From: a virus
Length of the DNA: 64,000 nucleotides
IMG/VR virus record: IMGVR_UViG_3300042923_000307
Span: 5,663-69,662 of that record
Strand: one strand, 5' to 3'
A program made the translations under genes and the position numbers. Below, one piece after another: positions 1 through 8,803 of this stretch. Numbering within the stretch: position 1 is the first letter of the stretch; every line of letters begins with the position of its first letter. The notes beneath the pieces were generated by a model. That model was not told the DNA's origin and did not search any database. It saw only the letters and a list, made by a program, of their open reading frames with translations.

Positions 1-1227
1 TTATTTGAACTTAACCGTCAGGCTTATGGAAATGTTTCTAATGTAGGTACTGTAGTAGCAGGTGTGGCTGCACCTGTAACACCAGTAGTACCAGCTCCAT
101 CCGAAGAGGAATTACTGGAGCTAATTGCACCAAGTATCTATTCGTACCATACCAAATATGCTGATGGGGTAGAGGCCAGTGATAAAGCTCAGCAAATCTT
201 TATGGCATATAATGGTATATTCGTACGTCGTACTGAGAAGTTTAATGATAACGTAATCTCCGTAATAAGCGAAGTTAAGAAAGTTCCTGGTCTGCGTAGT
301 GTGAAAGAGGGCATACTTGTAGACCTACAGAGCAAAGTTCCATTCGCTATATTTGAGGAGTTAGTTGCTAACTATCGTGCTGTATACAGACGGGATAGTA
401 CGGAGTCTTCTGCACAGGTTTATCGTTTAAAAGAGGTAGATGATAGATGGCCTGGTAAAGAAGTAGGAGACTATGTGGTTTACTATCCTAAACAAAAGAA
501 CTCGGGTGCTAATACAAACTATTCAGAAGATGCGGATGCTGTAATCAATATCCGTCAGAAACATACTATTGTTATGGAGTCACATGCGCACGCTAATTTT
601 AGTGCTTTCTTTAGTGGTGGGGATGATAACAACGAAAAAGCACCTCTGTCTTATTGTGTAATTGGTCATGTAAACTCTGATAAAGTAAGCTTTGCTGGTC
701 GTGTTAAGCTTCTGGGAATGCAGAAACTTATGAACGTTGAAGAGCTGTTTGATGTACCTGAAGGTAAAGGTGATGTTCTTACAGTAGCTAATCTTAGTTT
801 ACCAGAGCCAAGCCCTGTAATGTTAGCTAATGCTACACATGCTAGTGGCGGTGTTAAAACAGCTGCACAGATTGCAGAGGAACGTCAAAAACAAGGTATC
901 GTTGTTCCGCATAAAACTTGGGCCGCAGGTGCTCCCGCATACAATGGTGGTTATACCAGGAATAATTATGGTACTCATTATAGCGGTGCTGACTACAGAG
1001 ACTATGGGTATAGAGACTATGATACGCAAGATTATGGTAAGTATAGAAGCAATAAACACAGCGTACATAAAGCTGACCGTAGAGCTGCTAAAGCTCTTAA
1101 GAAACTTGATGTAGAGTGGATTGCTGATAACCTTGATGATACAAGAGCTCTTGTTTTACTGGAACTCTTAACCGAAAGAATCGAAGCTAAGACCGCAATG
1201 AAAACAGAATTAAAGGGGGATAAATAA
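1..1227 (+). CDS. JAB/MPN-domain metalloprotease (PRTRC system protein A / Prok-JAB-like), probably 5'-partial
   Basis: Motif ESHAHANFSAFFSGGDD matches JAMM HxH-x7-SxxD, with upstream Glu (STESSAQ); the frame is open from base 1, so the true start is probably upstream of the window; adjacent to ThiF gene. Confidence 0.8.
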   Translation, partial: LFELNRQAYGNVSNVGTVVAGVAAPVTPVVPAPSEEELLELIAPSIYSYHTKYADGVEASDKAQQIFMAYNGIFVRRTEKFNDNVISVISEVKKVPGLRSVKEGILVDLQSKVPFAIFEELVANYRAVYRRDSTESSAQVYRLKEVDDRWPGKEVGDYVVYYPKQKNSGANTNYSEDADAVINIRQKHTIVMESHAHANFSAFFSGGDDNNEKAPLSYCVIGHVNSDKVSFAGRVKLLGMQKLMNVEELFDVPEGKGDVLTVANLSLPEPSPVMLANATHASGGVKTAAQIAEERQKQGIVVPHKTWAAGAPAYNGGYTRNNYGTHYSGADYRDYGYRDYDTQDYGKYRSNKHSVHKADRRAAKALKKLDVEWIADNLDDTRALVLLELLTERIEAKTAMKTELKGDK

Positions 1228-2132
1228 TGTCTAACGCAACTACAACCGTGTCTCCATTTCCAAGCCTTCAACAACATATTCCAATCGTGCAGGATGGTAT
1301 TAATATAATTCAAATTGGTATGGGTGGCACAGGCTGCCCTGTAGCCATGAACATACTTAAACTAATTGGTGGTATGGAAAAAGACCTACAGACTCGTATT
1401 CGTTATATTGGTATTGATGGCGACGTGTTTGAAGAAAAGAACTTGGGACGACAACTGTGTATCCGTCCTGATATGGGTAAAAATAAAGCACAAGTAATTG
1501 TAAGCAGATATGCTAATGCATTTGGTGTTAGCGATAACTGCGCGTCTTACTCAGATGAATATATCAAAAGTCCAGCAGACGTTCTTAAGTATATGAATGT
1601 TGCTTACACAAATATTGTAATTGATAACCTGGACAAAAATCGCCCTAGAGTATGGTTACATGAGGCTGTTAAACAATTCGTATCTAGCTACAAAATTGCG
1701 TATGTGTATGAGATTTCTACAGGTAATGGTGAGTGGTCAGGTCAAGTAGCTATGGGTTGTACACACAAAGTTAATAGTACAATTATCAGACACGAACCTG
1801 GTAGAACAGCTATGGATTCTCCATACTACTTCTCAATTCCTTCCCCATTTGTAGTTCATCCTTCTCTTCTGGATACGACAGTGGATGACCGTGAAGAAGC
1901 GCTAAGTTGTGCTGACAGAGCTGCTGCTAACGTACAAACTCTAGTAGCTAACAATATGGCTGCTACACTATGCTTTAACTATGTAAATGCTATATTCGCA
2001 CAATTCATAGCACAAGTTAATGGTAAAGACGATGTTCCTCAAACCATTGGGACTGTACGTTTTAATGCTAAGAACAATGGTTTTCAAACGGAGCAACTTA
2101 CGGATACTTATCTCGCGAGGGAGGTACTATAA
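1227..2132 (+). CDS. ThiF/E1-like ubiquitin-activating enzyme (PRTRC ThiF-like)
   Basis: IGMGGTG nucleotide-binding loop, DGDVFEEKNLGRQ, GKNKA, D-N-L-D motif and SCA catalytic-Cys motif typical of PRTRC ThiF proteins. Confidence 0.88.
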   Translation: MSNATTTVSPFPSLQQHIPIVQDGINIIQIGMGGTGCPVAMNILKLIGGMEKDLQTRIRYIGIDGDVFEEKNLGRQLCIRPDMGKNKAQVIVSRYANAFGVSDNCASYSDEYIKSPADVLKYMNVAYTNIVIDNLDKNRPRVWLHEAVKQFVSSYKIAYVYEISTGNGEWSGQVAMGCTHKVNSTIIRHEPGRTAMDSPYYFSIPSPFVVHPSLLDTTVDDREEALSCADRAAANVQTLVANNMAATLCFNYVNAIFAQFIAQVNGKDDVPQTIGTVRFNAKNNGFQTEQLTDTYLAREVL

Positions 2133-2803
2133 TGCTTAATAATTCAGCACGTTCAAATCCAGGTTATAGTGGTATAGCCACAAATGGTGGTTACGCGTTA
2201 ATAAGCTCTTACACTGGTTCTAATAATGGGAGAGAGATGGGGCGTATGATTGCGCTCTCTCTCGGTGCTCCAGTACAGTTTCTTTCTAGCTCCAACAGGT
2301 TGAGCTCTCATACATTCGCAGCAATGTTGTATATGTACGAAGTCGAGTACCTTGGTAGGGATGGGCAAGCTAGCGTATGGGGTCAGGAATATACGGACGT
2401 AGCACGTAGGGAGCGTGTTCCTAAGTACATGAATGACGATGTATCAAGCACTGATGTACTATGCTTAGCTTTTAACGCACTACGTAGCAATGACTCTAAT
2501 GAAGGGTACTTCATATTCAATAGACTTATACAGAAATTTACAAATATTAATGCTGATGAGTTTGGGGGGTACATGACGTATCTTATTAAGAACGACGGTG
2601 TAAGAGTACCAGCGTTTATTAGATTTCTAAAGGAATGTGACTCAGGTTCTTTAATCAAAGCTGTTATGGATGCTATAAATGAAGAAAAGACTAACTCTCG
2701 TATTAGAGCAGCTCTTACTAGACTTAGAGATAGTGAAGAGTTTGCCGCTGTTTCCCAGCAAGTTACGTCTAAGATTTTAGCAGCATCCCAAAATCATCAG
2801 TAG
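2132..2803 (+). CDS. hypothetical protein, translationally coupled to ThiF gene
   Basis: 223-aa ORF, TAATG overlap with previous gene. Confidence 0.7.
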   Translation: MLNNSARSNPGYSGIATNGGYALISSYTGSNNGREMGRMIALSLGAPVQFLSSSNRLSSHTFAAMLYMYEVEYLGRDGQASVWGQEYTDVARRERVPKYMNDDVSSTDVLCLAFNALRSNDSNEGYFIFNRLIQKFTNINADEFGGYMTYLIKNDGVRVPAFIRFLKECDSGSLIKAVMDAINEEKTNSRIRAALTRLRDSEEFAAVSQQVTSKILAASQNHQ

Positions 2804-2811
2804 GTGTGTAT

Positions 2812-3132
2812 GGTTACACTTTTAGTACTCTTTCTACACTGTTTCTACACTATAGTGTAGAAGAAATAGTTACACTGGTTGTGGCAGTTAATGCCTCATT
2901 CTACACTTCTACACTTTTTTAAAAAGGAGAACCCTATATAGGGTATTCATTTATAGTTTCATATGCATAATATACCATATTAAAAACTACGGATAAAATG
3001 CCTCATATGTGACTATCGTTTTTAAAAAAGTGTATCTGTGTAGAAAGGGTATTAAAGTCCTTATACTAGTGCTATTATTTCTTCTACACTATAGTGTAGA
3101 AATGGTGTAGAAAGGTGTAGAAAAGTGTAACC
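2812..3132. repeat. large imperfect inverted repeat with TTCTACAC iterons and two copies of the 20-bp palindrome TTCTACACTATAGTGTAGAA (candidate replication origin)
   Basis: Arm starting 2812 (ggttacactttt...tttctacactatagtgtagaagaaata) is the reverse complement of the arm ending 3132; palindromes at 2843-2862 and 3082-3101; AT-rich centre; non-coding. Confidence 0.85.
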
Positions 3133-3278
3133 TTTAAAAATAGCCCAAATTGGATATGTTCCAGTTGGTTAACTATTTTTTTAATTTAGGCTTATTTTAC
3201 ACAATTTACAGATAACTTTGACAATTCATCAAAAAGCGTTACTGCTAATGTATAAAAATACAAAGGAGATGCATATTT

Positions 3279-3842
3279 ATGAATAGTACGTTAGTCGTAC
3301 TAATTGGGCCTAGTGGTGTGGGTAAAACTACGTTAGAAAAAGCTGCTGTTGAGAAGGGTGTAGCAACGTATAGGGTACGTTCAGTCACAGACAGGTCTCC
3401 AGGTAAAGGTGAAACAGAGGCTGATTACCTATTCGTTAATAAGGGCGAGTTTGACCCTGGTGCTTGTATAGAGCACATTGAGTACGCAGGTAACAATTAT
3501 GGTATACTTAAAGAAGAATTAGGTACAGCACTTGCTACTGATAGGCCAATACTGTGCGCTGATATTCATGGTGCTAGGCAGTTAAAGAGGTATACGAAAG
3601 GGGAAGGTGTCGTACTTTTAGTATTCGTAGACGCTTCTGACGAGCAGCTTAGAGCACGCTTAGAGGCAAGAGGCAGAGGTTCTGTAGAAGAACGCATGGC
3701 TCGTGTATCTGTGGACAGGGAAGCTATACCTGAGTGCAACGTATGCATAACTAATAATGATGGTAATATTAACGAGTCACTAGAATCCCTAAGAAAAGTA
3801 TATGAAATGGGGGAAGCGCTATGCCGACTAAAGAGGACGTAG
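3279..3842 (+). CDS. gmk: guanylate kinase-like protein
   Basis: P-loop GPSGVGKT, SVTDRSPGKGETEADYLFV and YAGNNYG motifs of guanylate kinases. Confidence 0.85.
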   Translation: MNSTLVVLIGPSGVGKTTLEKAAVEKGVATYRVRSVTDRSPGKGETEADYLFVNKGEFDPGACIEHIEYAGNNYGILKEELGTALATDRPILCADIHGARQLKRYTKGEGVVLLVFVDASDEQLRARLEARGRGSVEERMARVSVDREAIPECNVCITNNDGNINESLESLRKVYEMGEALCRLKRT

Positions 3843-4276
3843 AAAGTTTCAGTACAACAGCGACAATGCTACCTACACATGATGCTTTAGGAAATCCGTT
3901 TGTACATATGGCTAGTGACGGTGCATGTACATCTAACGGTGATGGTGGTTGTGCGTGGTTCGATGGTACTAACTATCATAAGTTAAAATGCAAAGTAAAG
4001 TCTACTAATAATAAGGAAGAGTATAAAGGTTTAATACATCTATTACAAACTCTTATAGCAAATAAATTTGATGGTCGTGCATTGATAATGATGGATAGCC
4101 AACTAGTTGTTAATCAAATGAATGGCAGCTACTCTGTTAAGAACGAGGGTTTAAAACCTTTATATGCTAAGGCTGCGTCATTAGCGTCCGTGTTGGACGT
4201 CGAGATAATCTGGGTTCCAAGAACACACCCTATAATGGGTAAAGTCGATAAATTAGCTAAGGAGGCTGCGAGATGA
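3821..4276 (+). CDS. ribonuclease HI-like protein
   Basis: SDGAC, TNNKEEY, DSQLVVNQMNG, WVPR and VDKLAK: RNase HI D-E-D-D catalytic signature. Confidence 0.85.
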   Translation: MPTKEDVESFSTTATMLPTHDALGNPFVHMASDGACTSNGDGGCAWFDGTNYHKLKCKVKSTNNKEEYKGLIHLLQTLIANKFDGRALIMMDSQLVVNQMNGSYSVKNEGLKPLYAKAASLASVLDVEIIWVPRTHPIMGKVDKLAKEAAR

Positions 4277-4887
4277 TTGAATCTATACTTTTAGGTATAT
4301 TAATAGTATTACTATTGGGTCTTGTGTTGTGGGTAAAGGAGATTGCAGGTATTGTAAAGGCTGTAGTACCAAGAGGTTATTCGGCTACCGATGTTATTAA
4401 ATACAAGTGTAGTGTATGCGGAGGGTTGCACACTAACAAAGAATACTCAGGTGTTATGATAGACTTAGACCTAACTGGTGCTGACGCTAGAAAATGCATT
4501 ATATGCGGCACTATTAACATAGGTAATAGAGAGTTTCTACACTATATTAATGGGTTTAATAATATTGACTGGGTAGAGGGTATAATACTAAACAAAGCTA
4601 CAGCCCTTATTTCCGATGCTAATGTTAAATACGCTCTAGACGATGCTACGCTACATTCTATGTTCCAATGGCTAGCTATTCTTAAGGGTGAAACACTAGA
4701 CCAATACTCCGACTCTGTAGTAAAAAGAGCAAAGTTAGTAAGTGATAGTTGTATATCTTCTAGAATAGAATACACAGTCGCGCAGGATTTCAGTGATACA
4801 TTTCTCAAGGATGTCAAATCTAGAAGAGATATATTCTACAGTAAACATAAAGAGATAATGGCAGAGATTAATGGCTCTGAGGGTTGA
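4273..4887 (+). CDS. membrane-anchored protein with two CxxC motifs
   Basis: N-terminal hydrophobic helix; CSVC and CIIC. Confidence 0.65.
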   Translation: MIESILLGILIVLLLGLVLWVKEIAGIVKAVVPRGYSATDVIKYKCSVCGGLHTNKEYSGVMIDLDLTGADARKCIICGTINIGNREFLHYINGFNNIDWVEGIILNKATALISDANVKYALDDATLHSMFQWLAILKGETLDQYSDSVVKRAKLVSDSCISSRIEYTVAQDFSDTFLKDVKSRRDIFYSKHKEIMAEINGSEG

Positions 4888-4910
4888 GGCTAGTGCCTCT
4901 CCCTTTTTTT
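4879..4910 (+). terminator. intrinsic terminator
   Basis: gaggc-tagt-gcctc hairpin followed by ccc and a T-run. Confidence 0.6.
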
Positions 4911-4974
4911 AGACTAATTATGGTATAAGAAATTCGAGTAGGGAGTATTATGAAAATATTTGGAGGTATACATA

Positions 4975-5241
4975 ATGATTAAAGTTGTTTCTGTTAAGAG
5001 TGCTGCTATTGGAAAGTTTGACTCTATGCATTACAATGCTACTGAAAGAGGTCTCGTAGGTGTTACTAGTTCGGGAGCTGGTGTAAATGTCTTGAAATGT
5101 AAGCTACCAGATGCTCAATCAATAATTCAGGGTATACATAATCAGATTGGTAAACGTGAAGGTATAATAGACCTCGATACAATGTCTGCTCCAGCACCAG
5201 TACCACAGCCTGCACCTACTACTATGCAAAATAAAATATAA
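4975..5241 (+). CDS. hypothetical protein
   Basis: GGAGG RBS at 4962-4966; TGGTATAAG promoter-like motif at 4921. Confidence 0.65.
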   Translation: MIKVVSVKSAAIGKFDSMHYNATERGLVGVTSSGAGVNVLKCKLPDAQSIIQGIHNQIGKREGIIDLDTMSAPAPVPQPAPTTMQNKI

Positions 5242-5266
5242 AAAGTCCACTCCATAGGAGTGAACG

Positions 5267-5298
5267 AAAAAAGAGAGGTTCCATGTCCTCTCTCTTTA
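5267..5298. terminator. bidirectional terminator between convergent genes
   Basis: aaaaaagagagg-ttccatgt-cctctctcttt. Confidence 0.65.
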
Positions 5299-5312
5299 CA
5301 TTGAAATATTTT

Positions 5313-5870
5313 TTACCACTGATATAGCTCGTAAGCTACGCGACCAACTATTTGCTTGTCTTTATACTTTTGACCAACCTGTACTATGAGCTTATCATTA
5401 CGTATGTGAATACCAAATGAACCATCACTATTTACATCCGTGTAGACGCCTATACCATGTTTCTTTTCCATATGTATACCATAGTAGTATAGGTCTGTCT
5501 TATCAGGCTCAGTAGCGCTTGGTTTTTCTTCCTTAATTACAACGTCAGCCTTATCATTCTTAGCAACCTGTTTTATAACCTTATCTGCTTCTTCCTTATT
5601 AGACACTGTGGCTTTGAAATCGGGTTTTGACGTAGACACTTGTTTGCCTATTTTGTCAGCTATAGCCCCAGCTTGCTGGTTACTTGTTTTAAATCCTGCT
5701 GAGTCTAAGGCGGCCTTTACGTTAGGAACGTCAACCTTTTCTACTGCTACTATATCAGGTGTACCTGCATTTCGGTAACATGATACAAAAGATATGGATA
5801 TGAGTATAACCACACCTATAATCAGTATTACTTCCCAGTGGTCTAATATGAATCGTTTTAGCTTTTCCAC
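5313..5870 (-). CDS. membrane-anchored lysis-module protein (spanin-like candidate)
   Basis: N-terminal TM helix followed by Cys; directly downstream of the endolysin. Confidence 0.5.
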   Translation of the reverse strand: MEKLKRFILDHWEVILIIGVVILISISFVSCYRNAGTPDIVAVEKVDVPNVKAALDSAGFKTSNQQAGAIADKIGKQVSTSKPDFKATVSNKEEADKVIKQVAKNDKADVVIKEEKPSATEPDKTDLYYYGIHMEKKHGIGVYTDVNSDGSFGIHIRNDKLIVQVGQKYKDKQIVGRVAYELYQW

Positions 5871-5893
5871 TAAAATCAGCTCCTCACGCGCTA

Positions 5894-6376
5894 CTAAAGC
5901 AGCGCTGTTACTCTTTCACGGAGCTCCCCTAGACGATTGTACATGTTGTCGCCAGGGCAGTCTGTGCTATTTTTATCCCTGTGACCTACTATTGTTTCTT
6001 CATCGGATGGCAGGTCGTATATTTCGCAAAGGTCAGCTATTAGGTTAGCCAGCGATTCCATCTGAGCTTCCTCAGGTTCGTAGTTAGCGAAGTCGCCTAC
6101 TACATTAATACCAATACTTTCACGGTTGAAACCGTAACAGTGGGAGCCTAGTGTAGTTCTAGGTCTACCGCGTTCTATGCTGCCATCCTTACGTATAACG
6201 TAATGGTAGCCACAACCACTCCAACCATTGGCTAAGTGCCACTTGTGTATCTCAGCGGCGGATACATCACGGTTAATATCTCCTACATGATGTACTACAA
6301 AGAAATTAGTCTCTGGTCTATAAGATAGTTCGTTTACAAAATCAAGGTCTGTCTCAACTATCGACACTCTGCCCAT
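5894..6376 (-). CDS. N-acetylmuramoyl-L-alanine amidase (Amidase_2, T7-lysozyme/PGRP-like endolysin)
   Basis: VVHH, GYHYVI, GSHC, SIGI, GHRD and TDCPG zinc-amidase motifs; start at 6376 chosen from GGAG RBS. Confidence 0.9.
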   Translation of the reverse strand: MGRVSIVETDLDFVNELSYRPETNFFVVHHVGDINRDVSAAEIHKWHLANGWSGCGYHYVIRKDGSIERGRPRTTLGSHCYGFNRESIGINVVGDFANYEPEEAQMESLANLIADLCEIYDLPSDEETIVGHRDKNSTDCPGDNMYNRLGELRERVTALL

Positions 6377-6560
6377 TTTTAAGCTCACACTCCTTTTTTT
6401 TATAGCAGCACCTGCATACGTTTCTAGCCTCTGCGTATATAGCACATTGAGCTGCGCTTATTATGCCCTTAGCTTTGTACTCTAATTCCTCGGGGCTATT
6501 ACGAAGGCAAGGCGCATACGTCTTGAGTAACTTAAGCAGTGACTCCTTTCGTATCATGCT

Positions 6561-6824
6561 TTAGGCTTCACCTCTATTGGTCGGTTTACCCTTAATGGGC
6601 ATTTCACCGTCCATAGAATTAAACTTAGAATCTATAGCGTGCTCCGCAAGTAGTGCTCCCCTTATTGTTAGATACATGTTCTGTAGCTGTACCAAGTCAA
6701 AGTTAGTTTTCTTCAGGGCGTTAGACGTCCAAGCCAGCAAAAACAGTACGAGGAATAAGGGGCTAACCCAATCGCGTGCTATATACGCCATAAACTTTTG
6801 GTATACTGAAACCATTGATATCAC
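6561..6824 (-). CDS. putative holin-like membrane protein
   Basis: 87 aa with hydrophobic segment; IDSKFNS tail; in lysis cluster. Confidence 0.5.
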   Translation of the reverse strand: MISMVSVYQKFMAYIARDWVSPLFLVLFLLAWTSNALKKTNFDLVQLQNMYLTIRGALLAEHAIDSKFNSMDGEMPIKGKPTNRGEA

Positions 6825-7334
6825 CTACTTTGAGAATATATGTAGAATAAGCTCTTTTGCTGCGGCTAACAGGGCTGCGATTAGACCGCGCATGAGCCAT
6901 TTATTCTGCTCTTTTATCTCCTTTATCTCTTTATCACAATCTGACCTTACGTCTGCGATGTCCTTATGGAATGCTAGAATAGTAGCGTCAAATATATCTT
7001 TAGATATTTGTTTGTCACTTTGGTCTTCTAGTTTTTTCATAACATTTTCACACAGTACTTTAACATCATTGCTTTGCTGTTTAAGCGACACAAGAGTGCT
7101 GTCAAACAACTCTCTTGATACATAATTCGTTTCTAGTCTATCAATTAAACGTTCCATAGACATACACATTTTGTTTACGTTTTCCTTAATAAACTGTATC
7201 TCTTGAGGCATACCAACAATAGTATGCTCAATCTTATCGATACGCTTCTGTGCATCTACTATGGCCTGCTGATGGGCTATATAATGTGTATTGCACGCGT
7301 CTGTTCTAGTATGTTCCATAGTGTACACCGCCAT
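6825..7334 (-). CDS. coiled-coil protein with C-terminal hydrophobic helix (XhlA/holin-like)
   Basis: Heptad-rich body, C-terminal KWLMRGLIAALLAA; in lysis cluster. Confidence 0.5.
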   Translation of the reverse strand: MAVYTMEHTRTDACNTHYIAHQQAIVDAQKRIDKIEHTIVGMPQEIQFIKENVNKMCMSMERLIDRLETNYVSRELFDSTLVSLKQQSNDVKVLCENVMKKLEDQSDKQISKDIFDATILAFHKDIADVRSDCDKEIKEIKEQNKWLMRGLIAALLAAAKELILHIFSK

Positions 7335-7357
7335 TTAATTATTTGTACGAGAGATAA

Positions 7358-7768
7358 TTAGCGTACATCTCTCAATATGGTATCAACTATTGACGATATA
7401 CACTCAGGTGCCTTTGGCAGCGCTAAGCCGTCAGTATAATTTTGGGAGTAATCACGAAGCTCTGCCCACCAGGCTACTACAGCAGCGTAATCTGATTCTG
7501 GCATTTTCTGTGAGTCTGTTCCTGTAATCTGTCTTTGGAATATCCACTGTGTTTCATCTAGAAGAGTGTCTCTTAGTTCTAACTGCGTGTCCTTTAAATA
7601 TACTACAGGCTTAGTACTAATAACAACACCATCAGCAAGACCTATGTATCTTACATCAATAACCTCGTTAGACTGTATAGCTACGCATTCTTGCAGCTTA
7701 ATGTCGTCTGCATCAGGCTCATGGTCACATATTGAAACACACTTATTATTTTTAAATACGTACCACAT
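7358..7768 (-). CDS. tail fibre assembly/chaperone-like protein
   Basis: LRDTLLDETQW...WWAELRD...LPKAP pattern of phage tail assembly chaperones; follows tail-fibre gene. Confidence 0.6.
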   Translation of the reverse strand: MWYVFKNNKCVSICDHEPDADDIKLQECVAIQSNEVIDVRYIGLADGVVISTKPVVYLKDTQLELRDTLLDETQWIFQRQITGTDSQKMPESDYAAVVAWWAELRDYSQNYTDGLALPKAPECISSIVDTILRDVR

Positions 7769-7769
7769 A

Positions 7770-8792
7770 CTACTTCACTCCTATAATAATGTAGTTAGCC
7801 CAACCGCCGCCATTTGAACTATCATAACACGTAACTACCCTATTCTCATCAGCCCAAGTATGCTCATGAGTGTACTTACCAGAGTCTAAGTCTCTTAAAC
7901 TTATCATCCACTTACATTGTTCCTGTGTGTAACCAGCAGGAAGAGGTATAATTCCTTTATTGAATACAGCCCCAGTAAGAATGGATACGTTTGCACTACC
8001 AACCTCTATTTCGTGTGTAAGGTCTGCCCGTAGGTCATTTATCATCTTTATTATGTCGCTAGCGTGGTAGCTATCAAGAGTATCTGCATCGCGGTCAATA
8101 CCATCATCTATATTAACATACGAGCTACCCGTAGTACGCATTATAAAGCACATAGCATAATAAGGAGGCATGTTATTATGTGCTTGATTTCCTCCAGCAG
8201 ACTCAGTAGGTGATTTGAACCAGAAGTTCTCTGGTCTACCCGCATTACCGCTAGCCATGTATCCTTGTACTACACCGCCTATTTGTCCACTCTCGTTATA
8301 AACCTGCCAGTTTGTACCATGAACATGTGATGGCATCTCGGCAGGTGTAAGTGTGTGTTGCTCCTCACCACCGCTTGCCCCTACATTGTACTTACTACCA
8401 GCGCCTACTACGAACTTATCTCTAAGGTCAGGTGTACCGTTAGTTCCGTCGCATAATGCGAATCCTATCGGAATCATTGCTACGCTACCAGACCACATTA
8501 GTATAGCACCACGTGGAACAGTGTCAACCATAGTCCATAGCTCATCTATGTTTTCTTCTATACCAGCAAGCTGCGCTATATGACTAGGGTCCATAAAACC
8601 AGCTTTAATAGTGTCTACTACCTTATGGTGGTCAGAACCATAGTTACCTATATGCGCATCCGCATCGTTTACTAGCCGTTGAATCTTATCCCTTACCTCA
8701 GCCATATGCGCAGCCTTAGGTTTAGTTTGGTCAGCAGTTAATACTGGGTCAGTAAAAGTTTGTGGTCCTGTTATACTTCTAACTAGAGCCAT
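7770..8792 (-). CDS. tail fibre protein with tail-collar domain
   Basis: PRGAILMWSG...GFALCDGTNGTPDLRDKFVVGAG...HNNMPPYYAMCFIM collar motif; DADTLDSYHAS. Confidence 0.85.
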   Translation of the reverse strand: MALVRSITGPQTFTDPVLTADQTKPKAAHMAEVRDKIQRLVNDADAHIGNYGSDHHKVVDTIKAGFMDPSHIAQLAGIEENIDELWTMVDTVPRGAILMWSGSVAMIPIGFALCDGTNGTPDLRDKFVVGAGSKYNVGASGGEEQHTLTPAEMPSHVHGTNWQVYNESGQIGGVVQGYMASGNAGRPENFWFKSPTESAGGNQAHNNMPPYYAMCFIMRTTGSSYVNIDDGIDRDADTLDSYHASDIIKMINDLRADLTHEIEVGSANVSILTGAVFNKGIIPLPAGYTQEQCKWMISLRDLDSGKYTHEHTWADENRVVTCYDSSNGGGWANYIIIGVK

Positions 8793-8803
8793 AATTACCT
8801 CCT

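Noticed and set aside
3218-3256. Sigma-A promoter from TTGACA upstream of gmk
   Set aside because: No good -10 hexamer at 16-18-nt spacing
6577-7125. Plus-strand 182-aa ORF and the many other antisense ORFs in the track (e.g. 23459-23908, 57954-58538)
   Set aside because: Shadow frames of well-supported genes on the opposite strand
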